Shown piece by piece: positions 63,946 to 64,000 of a stretch of 64,000 nt of DNA (the stretch's first letter is position 1; every line of letters starts with the position of its first letter). A model generated the notes under the pieces. The model ran no database searches and was not told the origin of the DNA. It saw only the letters and a program-made list of their open reading frames with translations. Location of the stretch: positions 7,729,112-7,793,111 of the forward strand of contig BFEA01000008.1 of assembly GCA_003427395.1 (NCBI GenBank), given 5' to 3'. The position numbers were made by a program, and so were the translations under genes. Source of the stretch: Chara braunii. Lineage: Eukaryota; Plantae; Charophyceae.

Positions 63946-64000
63946 ACCACCAGTACCTCACCCAGCTATCAAGTCCGAGGCTCGGACTACCGGTAGCCCG
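63946..64000. mobile_element. Left end of a TTAA/ACCACCAGTAC TIR element running out of the window
   Basis: TTAA|ACCACCAGTACCTCACCCAGCTATC. Confidence 0.75.

Overview
Repeat-rich eukaryotic DNA from a draft assembly (N gaps, long (GA)n and (CA)n tracts). It is plant-lineage, and the repeat landscape resembles a charophyte alga such as Chara (inference). The only clear host gene is an intronless HAL2-like/AHL PAP phosphatase (about 5287-7092, +). The rest is mobile DNA: (i) a decayed Penelope-like retroelement with GIY-YIG N-terminal to the RT (Naiad/Chlamys architecture, 25.2-28.5 kb); (ii) an 8-kb array of non-coding tandem elements nested in (TG)n microsatellites, carrying one fully intact type III hammerhead ribozyme on the minus strand (40991-41046) and three damaged relatives; (iii) several L1/Tx1-like LINE remnants and non-coding retroposons; (iv) a two-LTR Ty3/gypsy element (49726-60765, -) with a LINE inside its 3' LTR; (v) a TTAA-flanked TIR/MITE family; (vi) two Helitron-like 3' ends bracketing an orphan protein remnant that has a diverged paralog at 17.8 kb. 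The retroposons share a 3' hairpin plus H-type pseudoknot, seen 12 times with compensatory base changes. The best candidates for something new are the hammerhead-bearing, microsatellite-associated elements (possibly mobilised by the Penelope-like family) and the covarying 3' pseudoknot. All calls are by eye; no searches were run.
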